From positions 26,097,899 through 26,161,898 of the forward strand of contig NC_081368.1 of NCBI RefSeq assembly GCF_030684315.1: a stretch of DNA of 64,000 bases, read 5' to 3'. Position 1 is the first letter of the stretch; each line of letters opens with the position of its first letter. The notes under the pieces are model-generated. The model searched no databases. It saw nothing but the letters and a program-made list of their open reading frames with translations, and was not told where the DNA came from. Shown one piece after another: positions 39,671 through 51,840 of this stretch. The DNA comes from Stegostoma tigrinum (Eukaryota). The position numbers were made by a program, and so were the translations under genes.

Positions 39671-40899
39671 AAAAGAAAGCCCAACCAGGAGATTCCCACC
39701 CAATCTTTCTGGCCGTCCAGGTGACTATGATGCAAGTTACATATGAATGTACAAATTAAAAGCAGGAGTAGGCCATTTGACCCTTTTGAGTCTGCACTGT
39801 CAGTCAGTAGGGCTGTAGCTGGTCTAATTGTAATTGTAAAACCGTCTACACTGCTAAAGAATCCACCTTTGCCTTAAACATATTCAAAGGCTCTGCTTCC
39901 ACCACATTTCAGAGTTCAAAGATTTGTGCATATTTTTATTGCCCAGATTGATTGATTTTTTTTAAAAATAGTGATCCCTAGTTCTACATTCTCCCCTAAG
40001 CAGAAACATCCTTTCCAAATGTGCCTGTCGAGACATTTCAGATCTTAGACATTTCAAGTTGTCAGCCCCCTAAACTCCCCGTGGATACAAGCCTAGTGTT
40101 GAAGACAAACCCACCCCACCCCACCCCTTTATTCCAGGTACTAGTCTAGTAAACATTCTGAGGTTCCTCCATCACATTTACATCCTTTATTAAACAATTT
40201 TAGGGATCAATATAGTGCATAGTACTTCAGATGTAAAAAAAATTGTAACTAATTGGACCAAGGGTGTGTGGAGAGAAAGCAGGGTTAATGTTTTGGGTCC
40301 ACTGAACCTTTTGCAGACCTAATTTTAGCTAGGAAAAGGTGATATTTGTGATGAAGACTAGCGGTGGGGAGGTAGTTGGAGGAGAAAGGGTGAATGAGAG
40401 GTGGTGATGGAGCCCAGTGAGAACAGTATTTTTGCAGAATGTTCATAGCTTATCACTCCTGGTGTTTGGCAATTTGCCAAAACTTGCTTCGTCAGCTATG
40501 TCATTCCTTGGTGACCGCCTCTGGCTCAGACTTATCCTACATGCATTCCAATTGAAATTTCATCCTTCTGCCATGCTTTGAAGATACCCAGGATCACCGG
40601 CATCTCCGTGACATTCAGTATCCCTCAGGCGGTTGTTTTCACCATGCACCTCAGAACTTGACTCAGTGACATGTATGCACACTTGTCAACCTCCTCCTCC
40701 ATTGGCAATGCCTCATTCTCTGAGCTACCCTGACCCCAACTTCACTTTATCCCCTGGATTGTTCAATATTCTGACAAGAAACACTTTTCCTTCCCAAGCT
40801 GCAAAAATTCAGAGGTATCCAAGCCATCTGGAACCTTCGTCCCCACCCCCCGCCATCCATTCTCCTAACCCCACCTAGTCAGGTATTTACTATCCGTCT

Positions 40900-41655
40900 C
40901 ATGCTGAACATTACGTATTCCGTTTTGGATACTGTTGGGGGAGATGGTTCACCAGGGGAAGGCAGCAGTAGCCAGGTTCATGGCACCGTGGCTGGCTCTG
41001 CTGTACAGAAGGGTGGGGAAAAGAGTGGAAGGGCGATAGTCATTGGGGATTCAATTGTAAGGGGAGTAGATAGGTGGTTCTGCGGTCGAAAACAGTACTC
41101 CTGAATGATATGTTGCCTCCCAGGTGCACGGGTCAGGGATGTCTCTGATCGGTTGCAGAACATTCTGAAGGGGGAGGGTGAACAGCCAGCTGTCGTGGTG
41201 CATATAGGCACCAGCGATATAGGCAGAAAACGGGATGAGGTCCTACAAGCAGAATTTAGGGAGTTACGAGCCTAGTTTAAAAAGTAGGACCTCAAAGGTA
41301 GTAATCTCAGGATTGCTACCAGTGCCACGTGCTAGTCAGTGCAGAAATGAAAGAATAGCCAGGATGAATGCATGGCTTGAGAGATGGTGTAGGAGGGAGG
41401 GGTTCAGATTTTTGGGACATTGGAACCAGTTCTGGGGAAGGTGGGACTGTTACAAATTGGACGGTCTACACCTGGGCCGGACTGGAACCAATGTCCTTGG
41501 GGGTGCTTTTGCTAATGCTGTGGGGGAGGGTTTAAACTAACGTGGCAGGGGGATAGGAACCAAATATTGGACAGAAAAGAGATCGTAACGAAAGCCTGTA
41601 GGGAACTAGATAATGGAGTCAGTGTGACTAAAGGGAATAGTAATCGGGGAGCAGG
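40900..41655 (+). mobile_element. CR1 ORF1 fragment encoding an SGNH/GDSL esterase domain (one stop, one frameshift)
   Basis: AIVIGDSIVRG...CLPGARVRDV...VVVHIGTSDIG...VVISGLLPVP...YKLDGLHL...GEGLN*, i.e. SGNH blocks I, II, III and V. Confidence 0.88.
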
Positions 41656-42438
41656 AAGTGCTACACTTGCCCCCACACCACCTCCCTCACCCCCATCCCA
41701 GGCCCCAAGATGACTTTCCATATTAAGCAGATATTCACCTGCACATCTGCCACTGTGGTATACTGTATCCACTGTACCCAGTGTGGCTTCCTCTACACTG
41801 GGGAAACCAAGCAGAGGCTTGGGGACCGCTTTGCAGAACAACTCTGCTTGGTTCGCACTATACAACTGCACCTCCCAGTCACGAACCATTTTAACCCCCC
41901 CCCCCCCCCCCCCCCCCATTCTTTAGATGACATGTCCATCATGGGCCTCCTGCAGTGCCACAATGATGCCACCCGAAGGTTGCAGGAACAGCAACTCATA
42001 TTCTGCTTGGGAACCCTGCAACCCAATGGTATCAATGTGGACTTCACCAGCTTCAAAATCTCCCCTTCCCCCACCGCATCCCAAAACCAGCCCAGCTTAT
42101 CCCCACCTCCCTAACCTGTTCTTCCTCTCACCCATCCCTTCCTCCCACCTCAAGCCGCACCTCCATTTCCTACCTACTAACCTCCTCCCACCTCCTTGAC
42201 CTGTCCGTCTTCCCTGGACTGACCTATCCCCTCCCTACCTCCCCATCTATACTCTCCTCTCCACCTACCTTCTTTTCTCTCCATCTTTGGTCTGCCTCCC
42301 CCTCTGTCCCTATTTATTCCAGAACCCTCACCCCATTCCCCTCTCTGATGAAGGGTCTAGGCCCGAGACATCAGCTTTTGTGCTCCTGAGATGCTGCTGG
42401 GCCTGCTGTGTTCATCCAGCCTCACACTTTGTTATCTC
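41655..42438 (+). mobile_element. PLE 3' half (GIY-YIG plus pLTR; hammerhead core mutated)
   Basis: ORF 41710..42114 reads FTCTSATVVYCIHCTQCGFLYTGETKQRLGDRFAEQ. The hammerhead at 42345-42372 reads GAGACATC instead of GAAACGTC. Confidence 0.9.
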
Positions 42439-42796
42439 AGTAAGGATTGATGTCTGATTTAATGTAATTGAAATGAGGTGAAAGTTAAAACAAAATTCTT
42501 AAAAGCTAAAAATGTATACCTATCTTCTCTGTTTTAAATTTTCAAACCCAAAAGGTTATAGGAAAAGTGTAGGAGAATTAAACTAAGGAAATGATGTTTT
42601 TGAGTGCTTACACTATTCTTTGGTCTAATCTCACTTTCTTGATCTATAATACTGTATTGTTTTAAACAGATATTCAGTAGCCTATTTATTCAGCCAGTAT
42701 AAAAGCCAAGAATTATACCTGTGTGGATCTTCATCCTTTGTGTGTTGTTATTTATGTGATGTGGATATTGGATGGACTGGTATTCATTGCTCATAG

Positions 42797-43210
42797 ATAC
42801 ACAGAACAGTACAGCAGAGGAACAAGCCTTCCGGTCCAGGTCTGTGTGAATCATGATGTTGTTATAAATTAATTCCATCTGCCTGCACGTGGTCTGCATT
42901 TCCTGTCTGTTCATGTGTTTAAATGCCTCCAAACCTTGCCAAAATATCTGCTTCCACTACCTCCCTTGACAAAGTGTTCCAGGCACTTACCTACCTCTTT
43001 AAAAACTTGCACATCTTTAAACTTTCCCCCTCTCACCTTAAACTTATGCCCTCTACATTTTGTGCTCTGAATATCACCCTATTTATGTGCCTCAACTTTA
43101 GATACTTCTATCCGGTCACCCCTCAGCCTCTGACGTTATATCAAAAACAATTCAAGTTTGTCCAACTTCTCCTTATTGCTAAAAGCCTCCAATCTGCGCA
43201 ACATCCAGTA
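42797..43210 (-). mobile_element. CR1 LINE 3' fragment
   Basis: ACAGAACAGTACAGCA...GCCTTCCGGTCC tail and a CR1 C-terminus on the minus strand. Confidence 0.7.
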
Positions 43211-43228
43211 AGTCTAATTTTTTAAAAA

Positions 43229-44700
43229 ATTATTCATTTGTCGAATATGGGTGTCACTGGCTGGTCAGCATTTATTGCCTGCCCCTAGTTGCCATGGAGA
43301 AGGTGATGGTGTGCTGTCTTCTTGGACTGCTGCAGTCCACCTGCTGTGGGTTGACTGATAATGCCATTAGGGAGGGAATTCCAGGATTTTGACACAGCAG
43401 CAGTGAAGGAACGGCGATATATTTCTAAGTCAGGATGATGAGTGGCTTGGAAGAGAACTGAAGATGGTGGTACTCCCATATATCTGCTGCCCTTGTCCTT
43501 CTAGACGGAAGTGTTCGTGGATTTAGAAGGTGCTGACTGAGGATCTTTGGAGAATTTCTGCAGTGCATCTTGTAGATAATTGCAGCAGTGACGGACATCA
43601 GTGATTTGAAGGAGTGGATGCTTGCCAATCAAGTAGGCTGCATTTTCCTGGATGGTGTCAAGCTTCTTGAGTGTTGTTGGGGCTGCACTCATCCAGGCAA
43701 GTGGGGAGTATTCCATCACACTCCTGATTTGTGCTTTGTAGATGGTGGGCAGGCTTTGAGGAGCCAGGAGCTAAATTACTCCTTGCAGTATTCCTAGCTA
43801 CTGACATACTCTTGAAGCCACTGCATTCGTATAATCAGTCCAGTTGAGTTTCTGGTCAATGATAACCCTAAGATGTTGACAGTGGAGAGTATATCCCCTT
43901 ATACCCATTGATTCCAGTATTGCTATGGCTCCTCAATGCCACACTCGGTCAAATGCAGCCTTGATGTCAAGGGCTGTCACTCGCACCTTCCTTCTGGAAT
44001 TCAGCTCACGTCCATATTTGAACAAAGGCTGTAATGAGGTCAGGACTGAGTGGCCCTGGCGGAACCCAAACTGGGTGTCACTGAGCAGGATATTTCTCAG
44101 CGGATGCAGCTTATAGCACTGTTGATGACACTTTTTCCATCAATTCACTGACGAATGAGAGTAGACTAATGGAGGTGGTAAGTGGCCCAGTTGGATTTGT
44201 CCTCCTTTTATGTATGGGACATACCTGGGCAATTTTCCACATTGTCAGGTTGATACCAGTGTTGTAACTGTACTGGAAGAGAGTGGCTAGGGGAGTGGCA
44301 AGTTCTGGAGCACAAGTCTTCAGCACTATTGCTGAAATATTGTCAGGACCCATAGCCTTTGCAGTATCCAGAGTCTGCAACCATTTCTTGATATTACATA
44401 AAGTGAATTGAATTGGCCGAAGACTGGTATCTATAATGCTGGGGATCACTGGAGAAGTCTGTGATGGATCATCCACTCGGTATTTCTGGCTGAAGATTGC
44501 TATGAAAGCTTCAGTTTTACTTTTTGCACTGACATGCTGGGCTCTTCCATTATGGAGGATGGAGATATTGGTGGAGTAGCCTCCTCTAGTGATGTGTTGA
44601 AGCATCCACCACCATTCACTGCTGGATGTGGCAGGACTACAGAACTTAGATCTGATCCATTGGTTGCTGTTTGGCGTTTAAGTAATCTTGTTTGGTGGCC
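43229..44700 (-). mobile_element. LINE (CR1/L2-group) RT region with internal deletion and intact 3' end
   Basis: ORFs read LDTAKAMGPDNISAIVLKTCAPELATPLATLFQYSY and MEYSPLAWMSAAPTTLKKLDTIQ, SKSWNSLPNGI. Confidence 0.88.
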
Positions 44701-44789
44701 TCTTTCTTAGTGTGATGACCAGAACTACATTTCAAATTTGGCCTCAAGTCTTATAGAGCTATAAGTCATAATTGTTATTGAGAAGATTG

Positions 44790-45108
44790 AGGGTGGCACA
44801 GTGGCTCAGTTGTTAGCACTGCTGCCACCCAGGGACATGGGTTCAATTCCACCCTTGGGTGTCTGTCTGTGGGGAGTTTGCACATTTTTTCCATGTCTTT
44901 GTGGGTTTCCTCTAGGTGCTCCAGTTTTTTTCCACAGTCCAAAGATGTGCAGGTTAGGTGGATTAGCCAGGCTAAATTGCCCATAGTGTTCAGGGATGTG
45001 TAGATTAGGTGATTTATAGGGGGATGGGTTTGGGTGAGTGCTGTGAGGGATGGTGTGAACTTATTGGGCCAAAGGGCCTGTTTCCGCACTGTAGGGATTC
45101 TATGATCT
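44790..45108 (+). mobile_element. HE1-like V-SINE
   Basis: A and B boxes, V domain, CTGTAGGGATTCTATGATCT tail. Confidence 0.88.
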
Positions 45109-45620
45109 ATGTAGATTGTGGTGAGCTGCCACCTTAAACATCTGCTGTCCATGTACTGTAGGAAAACCTACAGTGATTTTAGGAAGAAAGTTCCAGAAAT
45201 TGTATCCAGCAACAGTAATATAATAACAGTATAGTTCTGAATCGAGCAGGCTGTGGCTTGCAGGTAGAATTCCATTGTACCTGCTGCCCCTTGTGCTTGG
45301 AGCTTGTAGATTAGCAGGTTTGGAACTTACCATCTGACGAGCCTTACTGAGTTTCTTCAGCGCACCTTGTAGATAGTACACACTGCTGCTGAGCAATGGT
45401 AGTGGAGGGAGTGAATATTTTAAACGGTGTCAATCAAATGGGCTGCTTTGTTCTGCCATCAGGAAGTATAAGCAAATGAATCTTCACATATCACTTTCTT
45501 TCATGAATTATCATGTAAACTGATAAAGGAAATTGACTGAAATGTAGTGTGTATTTCCGTCTAATAGAACAGCTCAAAATAAAATTAAATTCAAAATCTA
45601 TCCTGGGACAGACGTGGCTA

Positions 45621-45822
45621 AGATAAGGTGTAGAGCTGGATGAACACAGCTCTTCTGGAAAAGTGTCTAGGCCCGAAACAGCCTTCCTGCTCTTCTAATG
45701 CTGCTTGGCCTGGGCCAGAAACATCAGCCTTCCTGCTCCTCTGATGCTGCTTGACCTGCTGTGTTCATCCAGCTCTACACCTTGTTACCTCAGATTCTCC
45801 AGTATCTGCAGTTCCTGCTACC
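45621..45822. mobile_element. Short PLE-derived inverted-end mini-element with internal partial duplication
   Basis: AAGGTGTAGAGCTGGATGAACACAGC ... GCTGTGTTCATCCAGCTCTACACCTT plus tail. Flanks are ACAGACGTGG (45608-45617) and ACAGATGTGG (45823-45832). Confidence 0.8.
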
Positions 45823-46299
45823 ACAGATGTGGTTGTCTTATAACAGCCCTCTGGGCAATTAGGGATAGGCCATAAATCAGCAACACCTTCATCCCATGAA
45901 CAAATGAAAAGGTAAAATTATCAGAACATTACAGAGGCTGATATGTGGGAAAATGATGGGAAGGTTTCATCGAGAAGTTAGTTTTCCACAGGTTGAAGAG
46001 TTTTTATTCATGGTTGAAATGTGGATGTTGCTAACAAGATTAGCCTTTTTCTCATACACACAAAATAATAATCTCTGGAGAAACCCAGTAGGTTTGGCAG
46101 CATCTGTGGAAAGAAAGCAGAGTTAACGTTTCATGTCAAGTGACCCTTCCTCAGAATTGCGGTCTTCATTGTTGAGATGTGGATGTTGCTAATGAGGTCA
46201 GCCTTATTTCCCCTTCTTGCTGTAGTCCCTGTGATGAAGGTACTCCAGTAGCACAGGAGAGTGAGATCTGAAATTGTGGCTCACTGATGGAGAGAGGAC

Positions 46300-47075
46300 T
46301 AGGTGTCTTGAATTCCCCCTCCACCATCCCCCCCCCCCGCCCCCGCAGTGGATTACTCAAACTGTGGGAGCCAGAGCAAGTCCCACCTACTTACACAGGC
46401 ACTTTAAACTTTCCAATTGTGCCCAGATTGCAGCACTTGCTTCCTGTGACTGTAAAAGGGAACGGCCAGAACCATGCTAAATTTCCCCTCGTCAGGAATT
46501 TTTGCATCCGTTGCTCATGATGTGGTCTCCCCTGTAGCGGGGAAGACCAAACACAGACTGCGGGACTGGTTTACAGAGCATCTGCGCTCTGCATGCACCA
46601 ACTAACCTGACTTTCCAGTTGCCACCCATTTTCATTCCCCCTCCCACTCTCCCAGAGACATGTCTATTCTTGGCCTCCTCCACTGTCAATGTGACGCCAA
46701 ATGTCAACTGGAGGAACAACACATGATATTTCACCTTGGGAGCTTACAGCCCAAGGCTCTGAATGTTGACTTCACCAGTTTCAAAATCCCTCCACCCCCA
46801 GCCTTATCCCATATGCTGCCTCCCTGACTTGACCTGTCTTATCCTGCCCATCTTCCTACTCACCTATCTGTTCCACCCTTTCCATTGATCAGTCATTATA
46901 ATCCCTTGCCTGCATCCCACCTCTATTCCTCCTTGGCTGCCCTTGCTAGTCCTGGCGAAGGGTTTTGGCTGGGAATGTTGACTTCCCTGTTCCCCTGATG
47001 TTGTCTGACTTGCTGTGTTTGTCAGCTCCACATTTACTAACTCGGACTTCCAGCATCCACAATTCTTCCTGTCTC
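46300..47075 (+). mobile_element. Degenerate PLE 3' portion (GIY-YIG plus pLTR)
   Basis: CIRCS.CGL..GKTKHRLRDWFTEHL...LEEQHMIFHLGSLQP..LNVDFTSFKI pattern. Confidence 0.8.
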
Positions 47076-47419
47076 CTAACTGAAAACTGAGCTTGGTGGC
47101 ACGTTTTCATGCTGGGAAAGTGGTCTCTGGTGGTTAAGTTCACTTTTCTCCACCAGGCTCCCTTCCCCAATCTCACTGAGAGTGGAGTCCAAGTGGACTG
47201 GGGATGGAAACTGGGATGTTAAGTGAGCAGATCTCCCCATTCAGCAGTGTCTTCCCGGTTGACTCGGGGCTGTACATTTCCACGGCAGGTCACAGAGGGG
47301 CGCGTTGAGAAATGTTAAGTTGGCAGAGTCACCACCCACCTGTCTGCAATAAAAACAAAATTCCATCCTGTTTGGCTTGAACATTTAAAAACTACTGTTG
47401 GGCTTTGCCGCTTTGAAGG

Positions 47420-47700
47420 CATGTTGGCACAGCGGTTAGCACTGCTACCTCATAGCTCCACGGATGTGGGTTCAATTCCAGCAGAATTTGCACGTTCCAT
47501 CTTCCAGGTGTTCTGGCTTCCTCCCGCAGATGTGCGGGTGGGTTGACCATGCTAAATTGCCTATAGTATCCATGGATGAGTAGGTTAGGTGGATTAGCCA
47601 TGGGAATTACAGCTACAGGGTAGCATGAGGCGAGGCCAGGTGGGATGCTCTTCAGAGAGTCGGTGTGGACTTTTCTGGGTTCTACAATGATGATTATAGA
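47420..47700 (+). mobile_element. HE1-like SINE, degenerate
   Basis: GGTTAGCACTGCTACCTCA, GGTTCAATTCC and CCATGCTAAATTGCC motifs. Confidence 0.75.
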
Positions 47701-47989
47701 GTTATATAGATTATATAGTTTAATTTGGATAGCACCAATATGTACTCGAGTATTTGAGTGTTTCATATTGGACCGACATGGATTTAATATTTTCACCTGG
47801 TTGTGTGAAATGAGCCTTTAAAGGGTCCATTCTTAGTCACATGCTGGAGGGGGATATGGGTAGCTCAAGTGGCTAGGTGTCTTGAATGTGGTGCGGAAGA
47901 AGCCATGGGCTAAATCCTCATCTCGATTTTTTTTTTTTGGTAAGTCACAGCAACTTGTCACTTTAACCACACAACTTGCACAATAACCA

Positions 47990-48573
47990 GAGATAAGACG
48001 AACTGCACCTCCCAGTTGTGAACCATTTCAACTCCCCCTCCCATTCCTCAGACGACATGTCCATCATGGGCCTCCTGCAGTGCTACAATGATGCCACCCG
48101 AAGGTTGCAGGAACAGCAACTCATATTCCGCTTGGGAACCCTGCAGCCCAATGGTATCAATGTGGACTTCACCAGCTTCAAAATCTCCCCTCCCCCCACC
48201 GCATCCCAAAACCAGCCCAGTTCTTCCCCCCCCCCCCCCACTGCACCACACAACCAGCCCAGCTCGCCCCTGCCTCCCTAACCTGTTCTTCCTCTCACCT
48301 GTCCCCTCCTCCCACCTCAAGCCCCACCCCTAACCTACCAGTCTCATCCCGCCCCCTTGACCTGTCCCCTCCCTACACTCACGTTTACTGACTCCATCCC
48401 TGCCTCTTTGACCTGTCTGTCTCCTCTCCACCTATCTTCTCCTCCCTCCCTATTTATTTCAGAATCCCCTTTCCCCTCCCCTATTTCTGAAGAAGGGACG
48501 AGTCTCGAAACGTCAGCCTCCCTGCTCTGATGCTGTTTGGTCTGTTGTGTTCATCCAGCTCTACACCTTGTTA
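47990..48573. mobile_element. PLE fragment: short inverted tail joined to plus-strand GIY-YIG end and pLTR
   Basis: ORF 48018..48281. 5' GAGATAAGACGAACTGCA is the inverted tail. TSD TTGCACAATAACCA (47976-47989) / TTGCAAAATAACCA (48574-48587). Confidence 0.88.
48487..48514 (+). ncRNA. Minimal hammerhead ribozyme motif, variant stem II
   Basis: CTGAAGA-A-GGGA CGAG TCTC-GAAA-C-GTC. Stem II differs from the 686-713 copy yet still pairs. Confidence 0.65.
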
Positions 48574-49148
48574 TTGCAAAATAACCAATTGACCAATCAC
48601 GCCTCTAATCCGTTGCTGTATACGGCTCCATGTTAAATAATAACCAGAGCACATCCATATCTAATTGGTCCTATTTTTAAAAGTCAGATTTAATTTCTTA
48701 ATTAGACTTCCTGAAATCAAAACGCATTTGAAGATCATAGCCTGTTGCTACTCCTACTCCTCCTGCTGTCAGAATTAGGGAGTACCCGAACAAAGAAAAA
48801 GCTCGCTTCGGACTATGTGTAGATTTTTATTCCTCCTGAAAGCAAAGAACCCTGCAGTGAGGACCTCGGACAATATTGTTCCGGACGTGTGAATGTTTTA
48901 GACTTTACTAATAAGGCAGGTGATGTATTTCCACATCCATAGCGAACATGCTGTTCCTGCCCACGCCATTTAGTGTCTGAAAAACTAACAATGTGGGGAG
49001 CTGAACTTGCAGACCACCTGTTTCCCATTTACAACAAGATGCAAACTTATAAACTACACCACCGCACCCAACCCATTTCATTTTGATAATAAAATGTGAG
49101 GCTGGATGAACACAGCAGGCCCAGCAGCATCTCAGGAGCACAAAAGCT

Positions 49149-49176
49149 GACGTTTCAGGCCTAGACCCTTCATCAG
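49149..49176 (-). ncRNA. Minimal hammerhead ribozyme motif (core intact)
   Basis: Minus strand CTGATGAAGGGTCTAGGCCTGAAACGTC. Confidence 0.65.
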
Positions 49177-50851
49177 AGAGGGGGATGGGGTGAGGGTTCT
49201 GGAAAAAATAGGGAGAGAGGGGGAGGCGGACCGAAGATGGAGAGAAAAGAAGATAGGTGGAGAGGAGAGTATAGGTGGGGAGGTAGGGAGGAGATAGGTC
49301 AGTCCAGGGAAGACGGACAGGTGAAGGAGGTGGGATGAGGTTAGAAGGTAGGAGATGGAGGTGCGTCTTGGGGTGGGAGGAAGGGATGGGTGAGAGGAAG
49401 AACAGGTTAGGGAGGCAGAGACAGGTTGGACTGGTTTTGGGATACAGTGGGTGGAGGGGAAGAGCTGGGCTGGTTGTGTGATGCAGTGGGGGGAGGGGAC
49501 GAACTGGGCTGGTTTAGGGATGCGGTGGGGGAGGAGAGATTTTGAAGCTGGTGAAGTCCACATTGATACCATTGGGCTGCAGGGTTCCCAGGCGGAATAT
49601 GAGTTGCTGTTCCTGCGACCTTCGGGTGGCATCATTGTGGCACTGCTGGAGGCCCACGATGGATATGTTATCTAAAGAATGGGAGGGGGAGTGGAAATGG
49701 TTTGCGACTGGGAGGTGCAGTTGTTTATTGCGAACCCAGTGGAGGTGTTCTGCAAAGCGGTCCCCAAGCCTCCGCTTGGTTTCCCCAATGTAGAGGAAGC
49801 CACACCGGGTACAGTGGATGCAGTATACCACATTGGCAGATGTGCAGGTGAACCTCTGCTTAATATGGAAAGTCATCTTGGGGCCTGGGATAGGGGTGAG
49901 GGAGGAGGTGTGGGGGCAAGTGTAGCATTTTCCTGCGGTTGCAGGGGAAGTTGCCGGGTGTGGTGGGGTTGGAGGGCAGTGTGGAGCGAACAAGGGAGTC
50001 ACGGAGAGAGTGCCCTCCAACCCCACCACACCTGGCAGTTCACCCCACACTGCCCTCCAACCCCACCACACCCGGCACCTTCCCCTGCCACTGCAGGAAA
50101 TGCTACACTTGCCCCCACACCTCCTCCCTCACCCCTATCCCAGGCCCCAAGATGACTTTCCATATTAAGCAGAGGTTCACCTGCACATCTGCCAATGTGG
50201 TATACTGCATTCACTGTACCCGGTGTGGCTTCCTCTACATTGCGGAAACCAAGCGGAGGCTTGGGGACCGCTTTGCAGAACACCTCCACTGGGTTCGCAA
50301 TAAACAACTGCACCTCCCAGTCACAAACCATTTCCACTCCCCCTCCCATTCTTTAGATAACATATCCATCGTGGGCCTCCTGCAGTGCCACAATGATGCC
50401 ACGAGAAGGTTGCAGGAACAGCAAGTCATATTCCGCTTTGGAACCCTGCAGCCCAATGGTATCAATGTGGACTTCACCAGCTTCAAAATCTCCCCTCCCC
50501 CACCGCATCCCTAAACCAGCCCAGTTCGTCCCCTCCCCCCACTGCACCACACAACCAGCCCAGCTCTTCCCCTCCACCCACTGCATCCCAAAACCAGTCC
50601 AACCTGTCTCTGCCTCCCTAACCTGTTCTTCCTCTCACCCATCCCTTCCTCCCACCCCAAGCCGCATCTCCATTTCCTACTTACTAACCTCCTCCCACCT
50701 CCTTGACCTGTTTGTCTTCCCTGGACTGACCTATCCCCTCCCTACCTCCCCACCTATACTCTCCTCTCCACCTATCTTCTTTTCTCTCCATCTTCGGTCC
50801 GCCTCCCCCTCTCTCCCTATTTATTCCAGAACCGTCTCCCCATCCCCCTCT

Positions 50852-50879
50852 CTGATGAAGGGTCTAGGCCTGAAACGTC
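50852..50879 (+). ncRNA. Minimal hammerhead ribozyme motif (core intact)
   Basis: CTGATGAAGGGTCTAGGCCTGAAACGTC. Confidence 0.65.
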
Positions 50880-51369
50880 AGCTTTTGTGCTCCTGGGATG
50901 CTGCTGGGCCTGCTGTGTTCATCCAGCCTCACATTTTATTATCTTGGATTCTCCAGCATCTGCATTTGATTTCGCTCTCTCTCCGCTTCTCTGATATTGA
51001 CTGGTCTTTAATGGGCTCTGTATATAAATTGAACAGTTGGAAACATAAATGATTTTGCTGTGATGGTTAATAGGTTTAAAAAAAAATGCTTGTGATGGAA
51101 AAAATCATTCGGTTTTGTGTGATAACACTTCCTGATACAAAAAATATATGAACAATTCCTAAAGTGCAGCTCTTATAAGAAAGGGCGGCATATCGTACAG
51201 ATCTTTTTAGCAGTTACAACATGTTAATGTTAACTATCCATTCTGCACTTTGTTCAAGAATTTTTCCTAATCAGTGGCGTCATTTTAAAATGCCTTTTGT
51301 ATGTATGAGACATATTTCCTGGCTTTTGAAGCTGTACTCTTTCCTAGTAGCGCTGTGCCACGATGAAAA

Positions 51370-51840
51370 ATTGGTTATATAGTGGTAATGTCACCAGATT
51401 TCTAATCCAGATGCTCAGGTTATTAGTCTGGACGTACACATTCTAACCCCACCACTATATTTGGTATAATTTAAATTCAATTACTTAAATTTGGAAAATC
51501 TGGAATTGAAAGCTAGACTCTAATGATGCTATGAAATATCATGGAATACTGCTTATTTTTTTAAAAAACCTGCTTTGTTGATGCTGCCTAGGAAATGAAA
51601 TTACCCTCCTGACCTGATTTGGCCTGTATGTGACTCCATGTGGATGTGGCTAACTCTAAATTGCCTTCTGAAGTGATCTGGAATGTTATTCAGTTATACT
51701 GGGTTTTTGGTTCTGTGGGTGTACCTACACCAGATGGTCTGCAGGGGTTGAAAATGGAGACTCACCAGCACCCTGCTAAAGAAAATTAGGATGGGCAAGA
51801 AATGTTGGTGCTGCCAGATATTTGTCGGAATGTGGGCATA
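51370..51840 (+). mobile_element. tRNA-derived SINE (second family), degenerate
   Basis: TAGTGGTAATGTCAC..., CTGGAATTGAAAGCTAG, GGCCTGTATGTGACTCCA, AATTAGGATGGGCAA: plus-strand homologue of 32187-32520. Confidence 0.65.

Larger units (their letters stand above)
49085..50964. mobile_element. Large palindromic PLE insertion (two ~0.9 kb inverted arms, each GIY-YIG plus pLTR)
   Basis: Mirror ORFs 49514..50071(-) and 49939..50514(+) both encode CYTCPHTS...VVYCIHCTRCGFLYI.ETKRRLGDRFAEHL. Inversion centre at ~50010. Confidence 0.93.

Noticed and set aside
50393-51052. 219-aa Pro/Ser-rich ORF recurring as MMPPEGCRNS... in several places
   Set aside because: It is an alternative frame of the PLE GIY-YIG end plus low-complexity pLTR. 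Stops differ among copies, so it recurs because the repeat does.
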